Below, piece by piece: positions 26,001 through 35,495 of a stretch of DNA of 64,000 bases. The stretch's first letter is position 1; the number at the start of each line of letters is the position of its first letter. The notes below the pieces were generated by a model, which made no database searches, was not told the DNA's origin, and saw only the letters and a program-made list of their open reading frames with translations. Source of the stretch: an uncultured virus (IMG/VR IMGVR_UViG_3300008954_000038) (lineage: Duplodnaviria; Heunggongvirae; Uroviricota; Caudoviricetes); IMG/VR virus record IMGVR_UViG_3300008954_000038; one strand, given 5' to 3'. The position numbers and the translations under genes are program-made.

Positions 26001-26239
26001 ATGTACAGAGACAAGGACAAGAAGCGGTCGATAAAGCCAGAGGAGGCCCGACCACAAATAATAATACTTTCACTTTCACTAATGGGGAAGTAAATGCAGA
26101 CGGAACACCTACTGTCGAAGTTGTGGATGCTGGAATAAGCGCCATGCAAGACTTAAAACAAAAATTAAAAGAACTCGAAGGCGGAATCGAATTGATGGAC
26201 GGTGGGCAGGCGGCTCTTAATAAAACAAGGTTAAGTTAG
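20048..26239 (+). CDS. Tail tape measure protein (TP901-family core)
   Basis: A/G/K-rich helical protein with the classic core ELARQGLG...ALILARLAGMDAAEAVNALTAAINTF...VDAAFAVSSDDLAKAL...GGAVIGNSFKTIFTRI; hydrophobic segments near aa 400 and 1100-1240. Confidence 0.92.
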   Translation: MARDKIHIDLVLNTKGFRPLGRINGQLGEFEKSLDASNARVLAFGASAGAILAVKKAFTATVKAAIEVEKSLQDINVILGATSANLKKFGSELFEIASKTGQAFQVAATAATELARQGLGTEETLKRTRDALILARLAGMDAAEAVNALTAAINTFNKAGLDSTTIINKLANVDAAFAVSSDDLAKALGRVGASAKSAGVSFDQLLAIVTTVQQKTARGGAVIGNSFKTIFTRIQRPRVIKELENLGIAIRGVEGEVLPAMKVLQNLARQFDNLSQSQKAQITELIGGVFQVNILKAAMSDLSKETGIYNRALGVSIGSSDQALRRNEELNKTLAAQFQRTVNTFKEGAAELGELTLGPALERMFGFVDEMSKIGESDFGKVGVSIAKSIFEGLGKFISGPGLLVIGLVLFKTFSQLGKFAADAFKTLTGLNKTLQTQQSLQRQVFDVLSENPDLLKKIKDGTMSVEDAHEAIYDQIKKNTGALDDQLLVSQQLARNLMSGGVGYSADFGATTGKKPRKFGSAGYIPSFAADRGEVLGMMAGGYSKSQIKNPKTRQQTIHDGRGGVFNATVNGHESVFTSENSRGKKATFVVPPKNSKAYDGYMAALSGGFVPNFMGSQADLNRLKEIKEAFAEVSRSQNPKVMADRQKLVLEARALGYKFGLDKDRSGDPNTSFHGAMPQKIFTDAGKRYAENLRGLAEQKMVKQGKAAVGPQGEFRGEIGEDGLIKGLEGRGAKPGLKVYDARKKYGLLGLYGVKETNKGYAEAPIAEISKLKKIAKLSPEDAKRNSRLGFERVGFKNLQYRSVTDYHEDAAQDKWFSGAVREEFAKPTQKLAKRFSERLLQGKGAIAVKIAKSGPALFPHGAEGEIFETIANSLSSGSSDAFKEALKSDPNKTWDFEGGGKFSDHFNFKKVAGAKFDGKRTLTENASKSLVNKIVNTPGGPAQGEVDALSKILGGQAKKAVKKGKRKAGGFIPNFNALFEAVRREREAGVPAGRIRVGRSDRLKNSANPSGFGIYNTRDEPMGLNQGINNSVAAGIDPKRKGMASGHIPNFRWNKGVTKAQVTGAGFEYNSAGVQEFKKSQNELTKATKQQTSSAMSTLVVMGLLQQGITGLNNAVDENNNKAKGIINALGAVASTIMAAKFASGELREMGMNRLSAERRDAVQAGKIGLGRASFGEVKDKFKGNIAAARKKKGLGKVAGMARAGMSATGGLAAAGSVGLAASGALTAIAGTAAVFNQIGVLATQTDFSATFKEARVAGKMLEKQKESTEKNIAKLNKFGTAAEQAAKTFEDQNATMSQVLDASRKMQKELDKLPIEFRTKLGGIMDPEKVNTMIQQFVSDEQKKTQKAQNRKDAADTLEATREKTYMDVFANPIDTLINLGTAGNLSGKTPEEIAQDQKQVKGVAAGILQRTIERNKGKFEAMDEEDFLKRFGGAKDDEERRAVAKELGMSDADYAIWTKWIQHGGEDFQKLAGHMANLIAETKAQLQVEKAMKPIREALLKQNRAQLKAIKDRKRVLESEQKIRKEVIKITAAGAKSFLTEVGKIKLDTHLKIGEARQEKATQFGGVISQTQKALTKASGSEALAGTAVEADIKKTLATASRGGVGSVSQATIDTQTTELDNLIAQLENSDKAEDPLVKQQVTELQSLKAELQNLGGTSDRLKEELKLQTKEIRAAAAAQKMVADQQRRLKSFGGPQALLDPTKLDPMLSKISAGGKAMMASARSGSRTGFNRGLINQLSGMQEMMGGELPEPMRRRGVAAATQVGVSQMSTLNRVMGFGMSPQEIRKAASEQANNLFKGDPQQQNTKALETLNTTLMANNDLIKHSRQDRVEIGAKEMRFGQDSATRQIGFMQRMQGADAVKQAGARDLGSLTRSMLDFRQSGGDYFVDENAHMMGSKDYKPKIVKRRADKNMSNEDLVKHFEWKKGPREGSHEDENSWMLREVDGERMRPQQFGETRDAYNKESREWEFNKHIEGARDVQRQGQEAVDKARGGPTTNNNTFTFTNGEVNADGTPTVEVVDAGISAMQDLKQKLKELEGGIELMDGGQAALNKTRLS

Positions 26240-26241
26240 TT

Positions 26242-28152
26242 ATGGCGTCATCAATCAATTTAACTAATGTAGAAGTTTTAGACTACAGTCAGACAGCAAA
26301 CTTTATACAAGGGGGTATGTATCAGTTTGGCCGAACAGTCAGCTTAAACCTCACCGCCTTCATGTTTCCTGTTAGTGGGGGTAGTGTATCTGACAAATTT
26401 AAAGAGATAGACGATTTACAAAAAAGTCATCTAACTGAAATATTAGATAATGGATTTGCTGACTCTATTACTCTTGGTTCTGGCTCGGGTTCTGAAACTA
26501 TAAATAATGTAAAAATATTATCCTACAGTTTTCCTACCGAACCAGCCTTAAACAATAAAATAAATCTTCTAAGAGTAAACATGGCTCTTGAATTCAGGGA
26601 AGGTATGGACAACAGGAATAAATTGCCTAATAGCGACAGTTCTTACGACGGTTTAGAGAGCCTTGCTTCTGCAGGAAATTTTGAAAGTTTTTCAGAAAAT
26701 TTCAGTTTTAGCTTGACTAACAATTGGGAATATTCTTTTGGTCAAAATGTTAATTTTACTCTAAGGCAAACAAGCTCTTCTTCTTCGGACCTAGTTACAA
26801 AGGCAAAAAATTTAATAAAATCATCATTTTTAGTGGACCCTCCTAAACTTGGTTATTTGGACGCTAGGTATAATAACTTTATACAAATAATAAAACAAAG
26901 GGGGAGACTTAACGAGTCCTACGACTCAATAACTAATACCTACTCTTTTTCTAAAGCTGTTAATACTAAATCTGGCGCTTACTCAACGGAACTTAGGGGG
27001 GACAATTGGTCGGCCGATCTAAGCTACTCTCTTTCGACAGACCAAAGCGGAACAGTTTCTGTAAACGAAGCAGCAAGTATTCAGTCTTTTTTAACCGCTT
27101 CCTCTACGGAAACAACAGAATCCCTATATAAACATGCGTACGATGGGTTTATTGAGGTAAAAGAAGGGGCGCATTCAAGGTGCCAAAAAATATTTGAAGA
27201 TTTTGTTCAAGGTAACAATACAGAATGGATACCAAAAGACTTAGAATGGAATCAAGAAGATAATCTTAAAAGTAAATATATTTCTTTTGGTAGAAATATA
27301 GATAGGATTAATGGATCTATTAGTTATTCTGTGGGCTTCACTAATAATCCAAGAATGCACGAAGAGGCTATTTTCGAGTATACTGTATCGGCATCGCAAG
27401 ACCAAGACAAGATTACTCAAGTAACCGAAAACGGAACAATAAAACCTTATGACGAAAACAGAAACGCAGATTTTGACGCAAAAGGTTTGTACGATAAATT
27501 TACTGCTTCAGATGATGTTTTAACGAGGATTACTCCTTTATGGGAATCAATGAGAGATAAGGGTGATTCATATGTAGCGCCTCAGACAGCAGTTACGCCC
27601 GGTATTTTTATCGATCAAACATCGGCATATAAGCTAGAGCATCCTAGGAACTTAGTCTCTTCTAATATTTCTTTTCCTGCTTATGGGCTAACTATAAGCT
27701 ACAGCTTCGTTTACTCTGATGACCATACATTAAGAAATGAAACGTACTTGAGGAAAATAGAAAAAGAAGAAAATTATAAATTGCCTACCTTACACAGGGA
27801 AAACGTTATTGCTCCAAATATAAAAGAAACAAATTACGACGCAAATCAAACACAACAAGGATCCAAATCTATAGAATTTAATTGTATTTTCAAAAGAAAC
27901 CCTAACTCAAATAAAATAAACAATGCTCATGTAGTTTACTTAAAAAGCGCTACAGACGATATTTATAGTAAGGTGAAACAAGAGGTTGAAAAATCAGCTT
28001 TTGTAAAAGGTAAACAGGTAGTAAAAGATGATATATCTTGGTTTCTAGAAAGCTTAAGTTATAATTTTGATTCTGAATATAAATTTGGCAGTTCTAGTAG
28101 CCTTGGTTTTGTTGATAAGAGGGGCGTCTCGGCTAGAGCTTTGGAGTATTGA
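26242..28152 (+). CDS. Distal tail/hub-like beta protein, paralog A
   Basis: First gene after the TMP; S/T/F/Y-rich beta strands; shares F[ED]YTVS...D.I..V...GTI and I[ST]YS..F motifs with the next ORF. Confidence 0.55.
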   Translation: MASSINLTNVEVLDYSQTANFIQGGMYQFGRTVSLNLTAFMFPVSGGSVSDKFKEIDDLQKSHLTEILDNGFADSITLGSGSGSETINNVKILSYSFPTEPALNNKINLLRVNMALEFREGMDNRNKLPNSDSSYDGLESLASAGNFESFSENFSFSLTNNWEYSFGQNVNFTLRQTSSSSSDLVTKAKNLIKSSFLVDPPKLGYLDARYNNFIQIIKQRGRLNESYDSITNTYSFSKAVNTKSGAYSTELRGDNWSADLSYSLSTDQSGTVSVNEAASIQSFLTASSTETTESLYKHAYDGFIEVKEGAHSRCQKIFEDFVQGNNTEWIPKDLEWNQEDNLKSKYISFGRNIDRINGSISYSVGFTNNPRMHEEAIFEYTVSASQDQDKITQVTENGTIKPYDENRNADFDAKGLYDKFTASDDVLTRITPLWESMRDKGDSYVAPQTAVTPGIFIDQTSAYKLEHPRNLVSSNISFPAYGLTISYSFVYSDDHTLRNETYLRKIEKEENYKLPTLHRENVIAPNIKETNYDANQTQQGSKSIEFNCIFKRNPNSNKINNAHVVYLKSATDDIYSKVKQEVEKSAFVKGKQVVKDDISWFLESLSYNFDSEYKFGSSSSLGFVDKRGVSARALEY

Positions 28153-28153
28153 T

Positions 28154-29962
28154 GTGGCATATGATCAGGACATATTAGTTAAGTATGGAGATTTTACATT
28201 TCCAACTCCGTCTCCTTTTGTCTCGAGGAATTATCAAAGTCAGTTTGTGGGTGGAGATATTTGGGTTACGACTGTAGAGGTAACCCTCGCTGGTCAAGTA
28301 GCTATACTGCCTAAAAGAGATACTTCTGCCGTTGGGAATCAATACTCAGCGTTAAAAGATAAAAGAAACGAAATTACTGCGGCTTTTGCTGGAGCTTTAG
28401 GTAAAAACTTTCAAACCCTAGAAGTTTCTGGGCATGACACAAGCTTTACTTTAAGTGGTTGCTCGGTTACTAATTTAAGTTTTAGTTCTTCTAATTATCG
28501 GGGATTAGTAGATTACACTATTACGTTGTCTGGGTATGACAACACAAACAGTTTTGTAACAGCTAACTTTGGAGTAACGAACCCTGTTGACACTTGGGCT
28601 TATTCAGATGCTGGAGGCACAGCTACCTTAACCCATACGGTATCTGCTCAAGGTTATAATACGTCGTCTAGTTATGACGCTTTTACAAAAGCTAAAGCCT
28701 TTGTTAATTCTAAAAAAGGTACTTCTAGTAAAATACCATCCTTTTTAATTAATAATGCCCATCCGGGATCAGGTTTGATATTAAATACCGTAAGTGAGCA
28801 AATTAATAGGTTGGGTGGTAGTTACGGTATAACCGAAAATTATTCATTCGCAACAAACGAATCTGAGGAGGGGGCCGGACTAGAAACTGGCATACCAAAA
28901 GTACAGACAGCAAATATATTACTGACTTACTCATTAAGGATTGATGAGCAACAAGGGGGAGATTTTATTAGCGTGGCTTTGTCTGGTAACGTGGCGGGCA
29001 GTAAGGCAGACGGCACAAGCTGGGAGCAAGTGAGAGACGACTTTAAATCCAGAGACTTTTATAATTTAGCAAACGAAGCTTATAAAAACTATATAAGAAA
29101 AACAGATAATAATAACTATACGTTAAATAAAGATCCTATAGCTTTTTCAATTAGCCCAAATGAGCATGCAAGAACAATAGCGTTTAATGTGACTTTTGAT
29201 AATAATGATTTATTTGATAAAGCTAAAATAAAAAGAGGTAGCGCTTACTTTGATTATACTGTCTCTTTTCAACACGATAATATAAAAGATATAATCAATG
29301 TTCAATGTAGTGGGACGATACGTAATCGATCACCGCTCAAAAAAAGCAACAGGGAAGCTAAGGAGCTGCTTGATGAAGAAATATTAAAAAATAACTCAGA
29401 AAAAATTAGAAAAGAAGCTGAGGAGCTGTACCATAAAGTGTATCCGGATAGAACAAAATATGTATTATGCCCTATGCCTTTGTCAGTGAGTTCGACGGAA
29501 AATAAATTCGATGGAACGATAACTTACTCAGCTACTTTTACAGACAAAGATTTCCCTGAAAATTCTAAACTAAGAACCTTGTCATATAGCGTAAACGTCG
29601 ATCCTGCTACTCAGGAATACAGACCTGTGGCTTCTTGTCAGTCTAACGGGCATTATCTAATATACGACTTAGATCTAAAAACTAAAAGAGAAACGGTGAA
29701 CGTCTCTGTAGTCGCCTCTCCGCATTCGAAAAACGACAAAGCTATTTCTGAGGCTTGGGACGAGTCTTATTCTACGAGCGATTTTCTGAAAAGTTCCCTT
29801 TTACTCTTAGACGAAGAAGGAGATGACGATAAAGCGGTTGTGAGATTGGATTCTGAAAATAAAGTAGAAAATAAAGATACCGGAGCTATAACTTATAGTA
29901 GAGGATTTTCTCAGGAAAAGGCCGCAGAAACCATGATTTTAGAAAGAAAGAACCCTTCGTAG
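28154..29962 (+). CDS. Distal tail/hub-like beta protein, paralog B; start corrected to GTG 28154
   Basis: GGAG at 28143-28146 and an in-frame GTG just after the upstream TGA; VKYGDFTFPTPSPFVSR...VTLAGQV is a typical N-terminal pattern for tail-tip proteins. Confidence 0.55.
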   Translation: MAYDQDILVKYGDFTFPTPSPFVSRNYQSQFVGGDIWVTTVEVTLAGQVAILPKRDTSAVGNQYSALKDKRNEITAAFAGALGKNFQTLEVSGHDTSFTLSGCSVTNLSFSSSNYRGLVDYTITLSGYDNTNSFVTANFGVTNPVDTWAYSDAGGTATLTHTVSAQGYNTSSSYDAFTKAKAFVNSKKGTSSKIPSFLINNAHPGSGLILNTVSEQINRLGGSYGITENYSFATNESEEGAGLETGIPKVQTANILLTYSLRIDEQQGGDFISVALSGNVAGSKADGTSWEQVRDDFKSRDFYNLANEAYKNYIRKTDNNNYTLNKDPIAFSISPNEHARTIAFNVTFDNNDLFDKAKIKRGSAYFDYTVSFQHDNIKDIINVQCSGTIRNRSPLKKSNREAKELLDEEILKNNSEKIRKEAEELYHKVYPDRTKYVLCPMPLSVSSTENKFDGTITYSATFTDKDFPENSKLRTLSYSVNVDPATQEYRPVASCQSNGHYLIYDLDLKTKRETVNVSVVASPHSKNDKAISEAWDESYSTSDFLKSSLLLLDEEGDDDKAVVRLDSENKVENKDTGAITYSRGFSQEKAAETMILERKNPS

Positions 29963-29963
29963 A

Positions 29964-32117
29964 ATGATTAAGTCAGTCCTAGATACTTATGTAGAAAAAG
30001 CCGGAATAGAAAGTGGTGTTTTGTCGGCTTATTACGATTTAAGTGGTGCTATAACAGGTCCCAACGAAAGCTCTTTTTTTAAATTAACGAGCGGGGCGAG
30101 TAATACTTTGGATACGTACGTCGTATACAATCAGCTTTTTTCTACTGGTTCTCAGTTATATCGTGATGCAGAAGATGACCCTTTAATATCTACAGATAAT
30201 TATCCAGCGGTAATAACTAGCACCTCAACTGCCCCTACGGGAAGTGGCTTTTTTGATGGAAGATCTTCTCTTAAAATTTCTAAACCTTTTACTGGTCAAA
30301 ATTGGACATGTTTTTTTGATTTTTCTGGTTACGATATTGATGATGATACTTTTGAGTTAAACCAGATTATTTTTTCCACAATGGCTAACCCGTCCAGTCC
30401 TTCAGGCTTTAATGTTGGCGTGAATGGTTCTAATCGTTTTTATTATGAGTATGTTTCGGGTAACGAAGGAACAAATTATCACAGAGTTTCCGAGGCTTTG
30501 CCTACTCATTTAAAATCTTTGAATTTAATTTCTTTAGCTAAAAATGAAAATAGCATAGAGTTTTCTTTGCATAAACCAAATGAAGATACGCTATCTTTAA
30601 AAAACTTTACAGATAACTTTAGTAGATCTGATGACATGTATATTGGGGGTATGTCAAACGGGGGTGTTTACAATCATTTTTATACAGGTTACTCTGGACA
30701 TATAAATACTTTTCTTTTATTTAATGAATATATAACTGAGACAAGTAGAGATACTATAGCTGAAAGTTTTTTTACAACTGGATACCAAACGGAAACTCTA
30801 GTAACTGGAGAGTCTATAAATAAAGAGGTTACGGGAGCGGAGGTTCAAAATGTTTTATCTGGGGTGGGGATAACTTCTTATGATTTAATAAAGAGCGGAA
30901 CCTACCCTAATGAGGCTGGAGACGACGTGCCTATATATGCTTTGAAAGGCGTACAAGGTAATATATATCAAGATGTGCTGGTAGATCTAACTGGGCATAG
31001 AAATATAACTTCTGTTACTGGTTATTACTCACCGGAAACAAATACAAGAGATGATTATTATGTTCGTAAGTCTAATACGGTTCCCGGTAAAATAAAATTT
31101 GACGAACCTTTGTTAGAAAACGAAACCTATGAAATATATAGCCACTATAACTGGCTAAATACTATAAATTACAGAACAGAAAAAAATCTTTTTAGCTTTG
31201 GAGACTTTGGCCCCGCAGATGGCAATATTGGTGTTTTTGGTATGGAGGCTAGGAATAATAATTTTTCTTACGACTCGACGAGCACTCAGCCTTTTATTCA
31301 GTTTTTCTTAAATGGGGTTTACCGTAATGAAGTCTCTGGTATGTACTCTGCAAGCGATGTGTTCTCTACTAATTTTGGTTGCGTGGGTGTTGGTGAAAGC
31401 ACAGCTCTTTATAAGGGGGATTATTTTATTCATAATAATGACGCTGGCGCTTATGGAACAAAAAACATAGACTCTCGTGTTGAGAATAATAGTTATTATT
31501 TGGTCTTAAATGAAAACGATTCAAGTTTAGCTCCTGACGACTTTGGTTTATTTGATATAGTTTCTGGAGAGACTATAACGGGGCAATATGATCCAGAGCT
31601 TGCTCCTCATCCTGAGTTTAAAGGGGAAGATGGTTATTTAGATAAGGATATATACTATAACGGCATGAAGATCATGTCTGGTGTTCATTATCAGTACGAT
31701 GCCGATGATCCTCCCGGAATTGTTACAATAAATAGTGATATACTTCATCATCTTGGTTTACAGGGGGCAGATCCGGTTCGTTTTAATTTTGTTCCTCAGG
31801 CTTCTACTACTTTTTCAAGAGCAACAGGAACTGTAACTACCGAAACAAATGAAGTAGACGTAGATAATATTTATTTTGAACAGGTTTGGAGAAACGGTAT
31901 AAGACTAATCCCCGGGGTTGATTATTTTAGAACTCCTTTAGACAGTTTGATAAGCGGCACGGATTATCCTAGTTACGCGAATAAATCATTTGGTTTTGAC
32001 TTTACCAACGCCGCTATAGATGTTAAAATAGACGACCAAAGAGAAAATACTAACACAAAATTATTTTCACTTAACAAAGCGCAACAAAAGACCAATTTAT
32101 TTAAAACAACCAATTAG
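29964..32117 (+). CDS. Tail-tip structural protein with LamG/ConA-like N-terminal region
   Basis: GSGFFDGRSSLKI...WTCFFDF...MYIGG...YSGHINTFLLFNE resembles a LamG fold; repeated [FYW].NG.....G..Y motifs in the C-terminal half. Confidence 0.5.
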   Translation: MIKSVLDTYVEKAGIESGVLSAYYDLSGAITGPNESSFFKLTSGASNTLDTYVVYNQLFSTGSQLYRDAEDDPLISTDNYPAVITSTSTAPTGSGFFDGRSSLKISKPFTGQNWTCFFDFSGYDIDDDTFELNQIIFSTMANPSSPSGFNVGVNGSNRFYYEYVSGNEGTNYHRVSEALPTHLKSLNLISLAKNENSIEFSLHKPNEDTLSLKNFTDNFSRSDDMYIGGMSNGGVYNHFYTGYSGHINTFLLFNEYITETSRDTIAESFFTTGYQTETLVTGESINKEVTGAEVQNVLSGVGITSYDLIKSGTYPNEAGDDVPIYALKGVQGNIYQDVLVDLTGHRNITSVTGYYSPETNTRDDYYVRKSNTVPGKIKFDEPLLENETYEIYSHYNWLNTINYRTEKNLFSFGDFGPADGNIGVFGMEARNNNFSYDSTSTQPFIQFFLNGVYRNEVSGMYSASDVFSTNFGCVGVGESTALYKGDYFIHNNDAGAYGTKNIDSRVENNSYYLVLNENDSSLAPDDFGLFDIVSGETITGQYDPELAPHPEFKGEDGYLDKDIYYNGMKIMSGVHYQYDADDPPGIVTINSDILHHLGLQGADPVRFNFVPQASTTFSRATGTVTTETNEVDVDNIYFEQVWRNGIRLIPGVDYFRTPLDSLISGTDYPSYANKSFGFDFTNAAIDVKIDDQRENTNTKLFSLNKAQQKTNLFKTTN

Positions 32118-32128
32118 TGTAATGTATA
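32116..32128 (+). promoter_or_regulatory. AGTGTAAT-N3-TA motif overlapping a TAG stop
   Basis: agtgtaatgtata followed by AAGGA and the ATG at 32139. Confidence 0.6.
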
Positions 32129-32138
32129 GGTAAGGATT

Positions 32139-35100
32139 ATGGCAAAAGATAAAGTAAAGGTACCAAGTATAAAGATAAGCAACCAAAGGGCCGGTGTTGC
32201 TTTCGGTGGAGTAATATATTCTTCTGATGTGGCTGTTGGTTACAATGCCGACCCTACTAAGCTAAACATAAACGTTGCTTTAGACACTAAGCTTTCCAAA
32301 AAAAGAGACTTTTTAATTTCTAAAAATGACCTAGATCTAACTTCCCCTGTAGATATACAAATTGCAGACGAACCGTTATTTAAGAACATGTTCCTGCATT
32401 CTTACAATATAAGCACAGGCGTCAGTTCTAAATTGCTAAACTTAACGTATATTGATGGCTCGGCTCTTTTAGATAGGATATTCGTGGGCTTGATTCACGA
32501 ACATTTTCAAGTAGACAAAGAAAAGCACATGGTTCCTAACGTGGTAGAGTTTGACGCTAGGTGCCCTACTATAGAAATAGTAAATGTAGAAGGTACAGAT
32601 ATGCCGGTGTGTGCTTCAGAGGGGACTACGCTACATAAGGGGCTTAAAAGTTATAAGTATTTAGCTTCGCCAACTGGTATACCGGGTAGGCCTTACCAAA
32701 TATACATGCAGAATAAAAAAGTTCTTTGGGAAGGTGGGTATATAGTTTTAGGAAGAGAGGAGTTTACTGAGGTAAACTGCGATATACGTGACGTAAGTTA
32801 TGGTTTCGAGGATCTTTTAAACTCCCTTGAAGATAAGGAATTTGGATGGGGTATTAAAATAGATAAGTCTAGATACACCGTAACAAAAGACTCTAATCTT
32901 TTACAAAGATCTTATACAGGAACAGTAAAAGATGTGTTACAAAACTGGGGAAATGATTTAAAAATATCTTACTATTGGGACTTTACCCAAAAAGACCCTA
33001 CTCTTGTTATAATAAGTAATGCTGACAGGTCCGTAGACAAAAAAGTTGAAAAAGCTGCTGCCGATATAGAAAAACTTGACCAAGGAATGGAAGGCTCAAG
33101 TGGGTCGAGCGGCTCTTCTGGTGCGGCTGGAAAAGCTACGGATTTTATAATAAATTCAAAAAGTCAGGAAGTTACATTAGACGGAACATTATCTCAAGCT
33201 TACTCTTCTATTTTCACCGTAGGACCAAAAGCAAAAAGTGAAAGCACAAGAAAGACGAGCGATGTTTACTTTAGCTGTCAAACAATAGAAGACATAGCTG
33301 CCTCTGGTAACATATCAGGCAGACATCCTAGAGACGTAAAGATAAGTTTAGGTTTAGGTAAATACTCTAAAGATTTAAGAGATATATGGAATGCGAGAAA
33401 AGCTATATCTATTACTATGACAGACAACGGAAGCTTAGATCAATCTTTAGGTTACTTTAGGGCTCTAGGTTTTCATGATGTAATGCCGGTTACTTTTGGG
33501 GGCCAAGGCCCAGCCTTTAATAGGTTTCGTGAGATGGTTGTAGGTATGTGTAGCTTAACTCAAATGTTTACTAATCAAGCTGGCAAACAAGATAGTGATA
33601 CTTTTCTAGAAGATTTAAATAACCCCGGAGGTTATGAAATATTTATAGGTTTGTATGACGAGTCACTCAAGTCTTTACATAGTTCGATTGAGAGTGAGAT
33701 AGAGGGAGGTTATCTAGGCAAGCACTATTTACTTGGTGCTCCTAAGTCAGAATCTTTCGATGGTAGTAGTGAACATAAGACATCAATGAAGTCAGAAACA
33801 AGGCCTGCTTCTCAGTATTACTCACTAAACCAACACTATAAAACTCCGTTAGCTAAATTTGCTAAAAAGATACAGGATCTTCGTATAAATAGACTTGCTC
33901 AAAGTGACGATGTTTATATAAATAAGCTTTACGATGAGACGAATAAACTTAAATTTAATATTCTTGACGAATGCAACCAAAAAGACAAAGACAAAAACCT
34001 TTACAAAGACTCCATGAAGAGAGGGTTTTATCATTTCGAAAGAGAAGCCAATTGGGCAACGTTTCAAGAAGATATTGATAATTTAGTAAACCCAAATAAA
34101 TTACAGCTTCAAAATTGGCTGGATAACGAAGGGTTTCTGATATACGAAGGTGATAAAGAAAGAGTTAAGACTAACATGCTCAAAGACTATGTTCCATTTA
34201 ATTCGGAGATACCTATGATTCTTCAATTTATCGAACAAATGCCAAACAAACTAAAGACTATGATTGACGCAGGGGAGGCTTCAGATAAAAAGGTCGTAGT
34301 ATGCATGGTAAAAACAGGAACCGGGCAAGAGGGAATGCAAAAAACACCTACAAATGGTGTGCCCGGGGGCTCACCTAATGATCAAGGTATAACAACAATA
34401 GGTAGTCCGGGTACTGGTTACATAACAATCAACCCAAGCATGAAAACGTATCACGAAAACGTAAATATAACAGGAAGATTTGTTGAGACAAGAGGTGGAA
34501 TGAGAAACCCTATTGAAGAAATAAACGCTCTTAGAAGCTTATGCGATAGAACAGTTAGTGCAAAATCTGACGCTCAGTCGAAATTTAAAACAAAATGTGA
34601 GAGAGATTTCATGCAGGAGCTTTGTTCTTCTACTAATTTTGGACAAGAAGACAAAACTTGTGGTGAAGCCGAGGCTTTAAAAGACTCGCTTTATAATTTA
34701 GAGCTTGAACCTGATATAAGATCAAAACAAACTGACAAGCATGGTATATACGCAGACTGCATACACCTTACAAGATTTAACCCTCAAGTTAAGATTACTA
34801 AAGGTGGATTAACAAAATATCTCTTTCAAGACGTAAGAGACTCTGCGTACAGTGTGGAAAATGACCGTGGAGCAGTTGATATAATTTACCCAAGCGAAAA
34901 CCCTCATAACGGCATGATAATATACGATACAGAGTCAACAACTACTGATCTTGGAGTAAGGAAAGTGCTCGATCCTATCAATGGGTCAAGGGTGGCAATA
35001 AACAAAAGAGCTTCTTCTGTTCAATACCAGACTAAAGATATAACACAAGATATTACTTCAGTAGTAAACGACGATAATGAAGCCAAACTTGCTGAAGGAG

Positions 35101-35495
35101 ATGTTCCTACAGATATAGTAGCAGACGTAGATAATATACAGAAAAAAGATGGAAATGACCAAGATTATACCGAGCTACAAACTTTAACGGCAGAAAAATA
35201 TCACGAAAGATTAAGAGGAAACATTAATGATATTCAAATTGAGGAACCGAGAAAAAGCTATTCCTTTAAGATATACGTATCTGCACTTGACTCTTTGACA
35301 GAGCTGGTAGCTCTTCTTAAACCAGAAAACGGGCTTGATAGCATGTCGATAAATATGGACGAGGGAGGATTCAATATATCGGTTAACTTAAGTAATAGGG
35401 CTTCATCAAATGTTGCTTTAAAGGAAATATTTAATAAAGTTGGTGCTCAGGCAAAAGAAGTAGGCAGAAAGTTCTCTACATTAAGATCAACATAA
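32139..35495 (+). CDS. Putative tail-tip/baseplate hub protein (1118 aa)
   Basis: N-terminal FGGVIYSSDVAVGYNADPTKLNINV and YTGTVKDVLQNWGNDLKISYYWD, plus C-terminal GLDSMSINMDEGGFNISVNL, resemble hub (gp27/Tal-like) architecture; position supports this. Confidence 0.55.
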   Translation: MAKDKVKVPSIKISNQRAGVAFGGVIYSSDVAVGYNADPTKLNINVALDTKLSKKRDFLISKNDLDLTSPVDIQIADEPLFKNMFLHSYNISTGVSSKLLNLTYIDGSALLDRIFVGLIHEHFQVDKEKHMVPNVVEFDARCPTIEIVNVEGTDMPVCASEGTTLHKGLKSYKYLASPTGIPGRPYQIYMQNKKVLWEGGYIVLGREEFTEVNCDIRDVSYGFEDLLNSLEDKEFGWGIKIDKSRYTVTKDSNLLQRSYTGTVKDVLQNWGNDLKISYYWDFTQKDPTLVIISNADRSVDKKVEKAAADIEKLDQGMEGSSGSSGSSGAAGKATDFIINSKSQEVTLDGTLSQAYSSIFTVGPKAKSESTRKTSDVYFSCQTIEDIAASGNISGRHPRDVKISLGLGKYSKDLRDIWNARKAISITMTDNGSLDQSLGYFRALGFHDVMPVTFGGQGPAFNRFREMVVGMCSLTQMFTNQAGKQDSDTFLEDLNNPGGYEIFIGLYDESLKSLHSSIESEIEGGYLGKHYLLGAPKSESFDGSSEHKTSMKSETRPASQYYSLNQHYKTPLAKFAKKIQDLRINRLAQSDDVYINKLYDETNKLKFNILDECNQKDKDKNLYKDSMKRGFYHFEREANWATFQEDIDNLVNPNKLQLQNWLDNEGFLIYEGDKERVKTNMLKDYVPFNSEIPMILQFIEQMPNKLKTMIDAGEASDKKVVVCMVKTGTGQEGMQKTPTNGVPGGSPNDQGITTIGSPGTGYITINPSMKTYHENVNITGRFVETRGGMRNPIEEINALRSLCDRTVSAKSDAQSKFKTKCERDFMQELCSSTNFGQEDKTCGEAEALKDSLYNLELEPDIRSKQTDKHGIYADCIHLTRFNPQVKITKGGLTKYLFQDVRDSAYSVENDRGAVDIIYPSENPHNGMIIYDTESTTTDLGVRKVLDPINGSRVAINKRASSVQYQTKDITQDITSVVNDDNEAKLAEGDVPTDIVADVDNIQKKDGNDQDYTELQTLTAEKYHERLRGNINDIQIEEPRKSYSFKIYVSALDSLTELVALLKPENGLDSMSINMDEGGFNISVNLSNRASSNVALKEIFNKVGAQAKEVGRKFSTLRST

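Noticed and set aside
28067..28153. ORF-track starts at 13166, 28067 and 60658
   Set aside because: These extensions overlap upstream genes. Better starts, supported by SD, translational coupling or paralog alignment, are 13217, 28154 and 60700.
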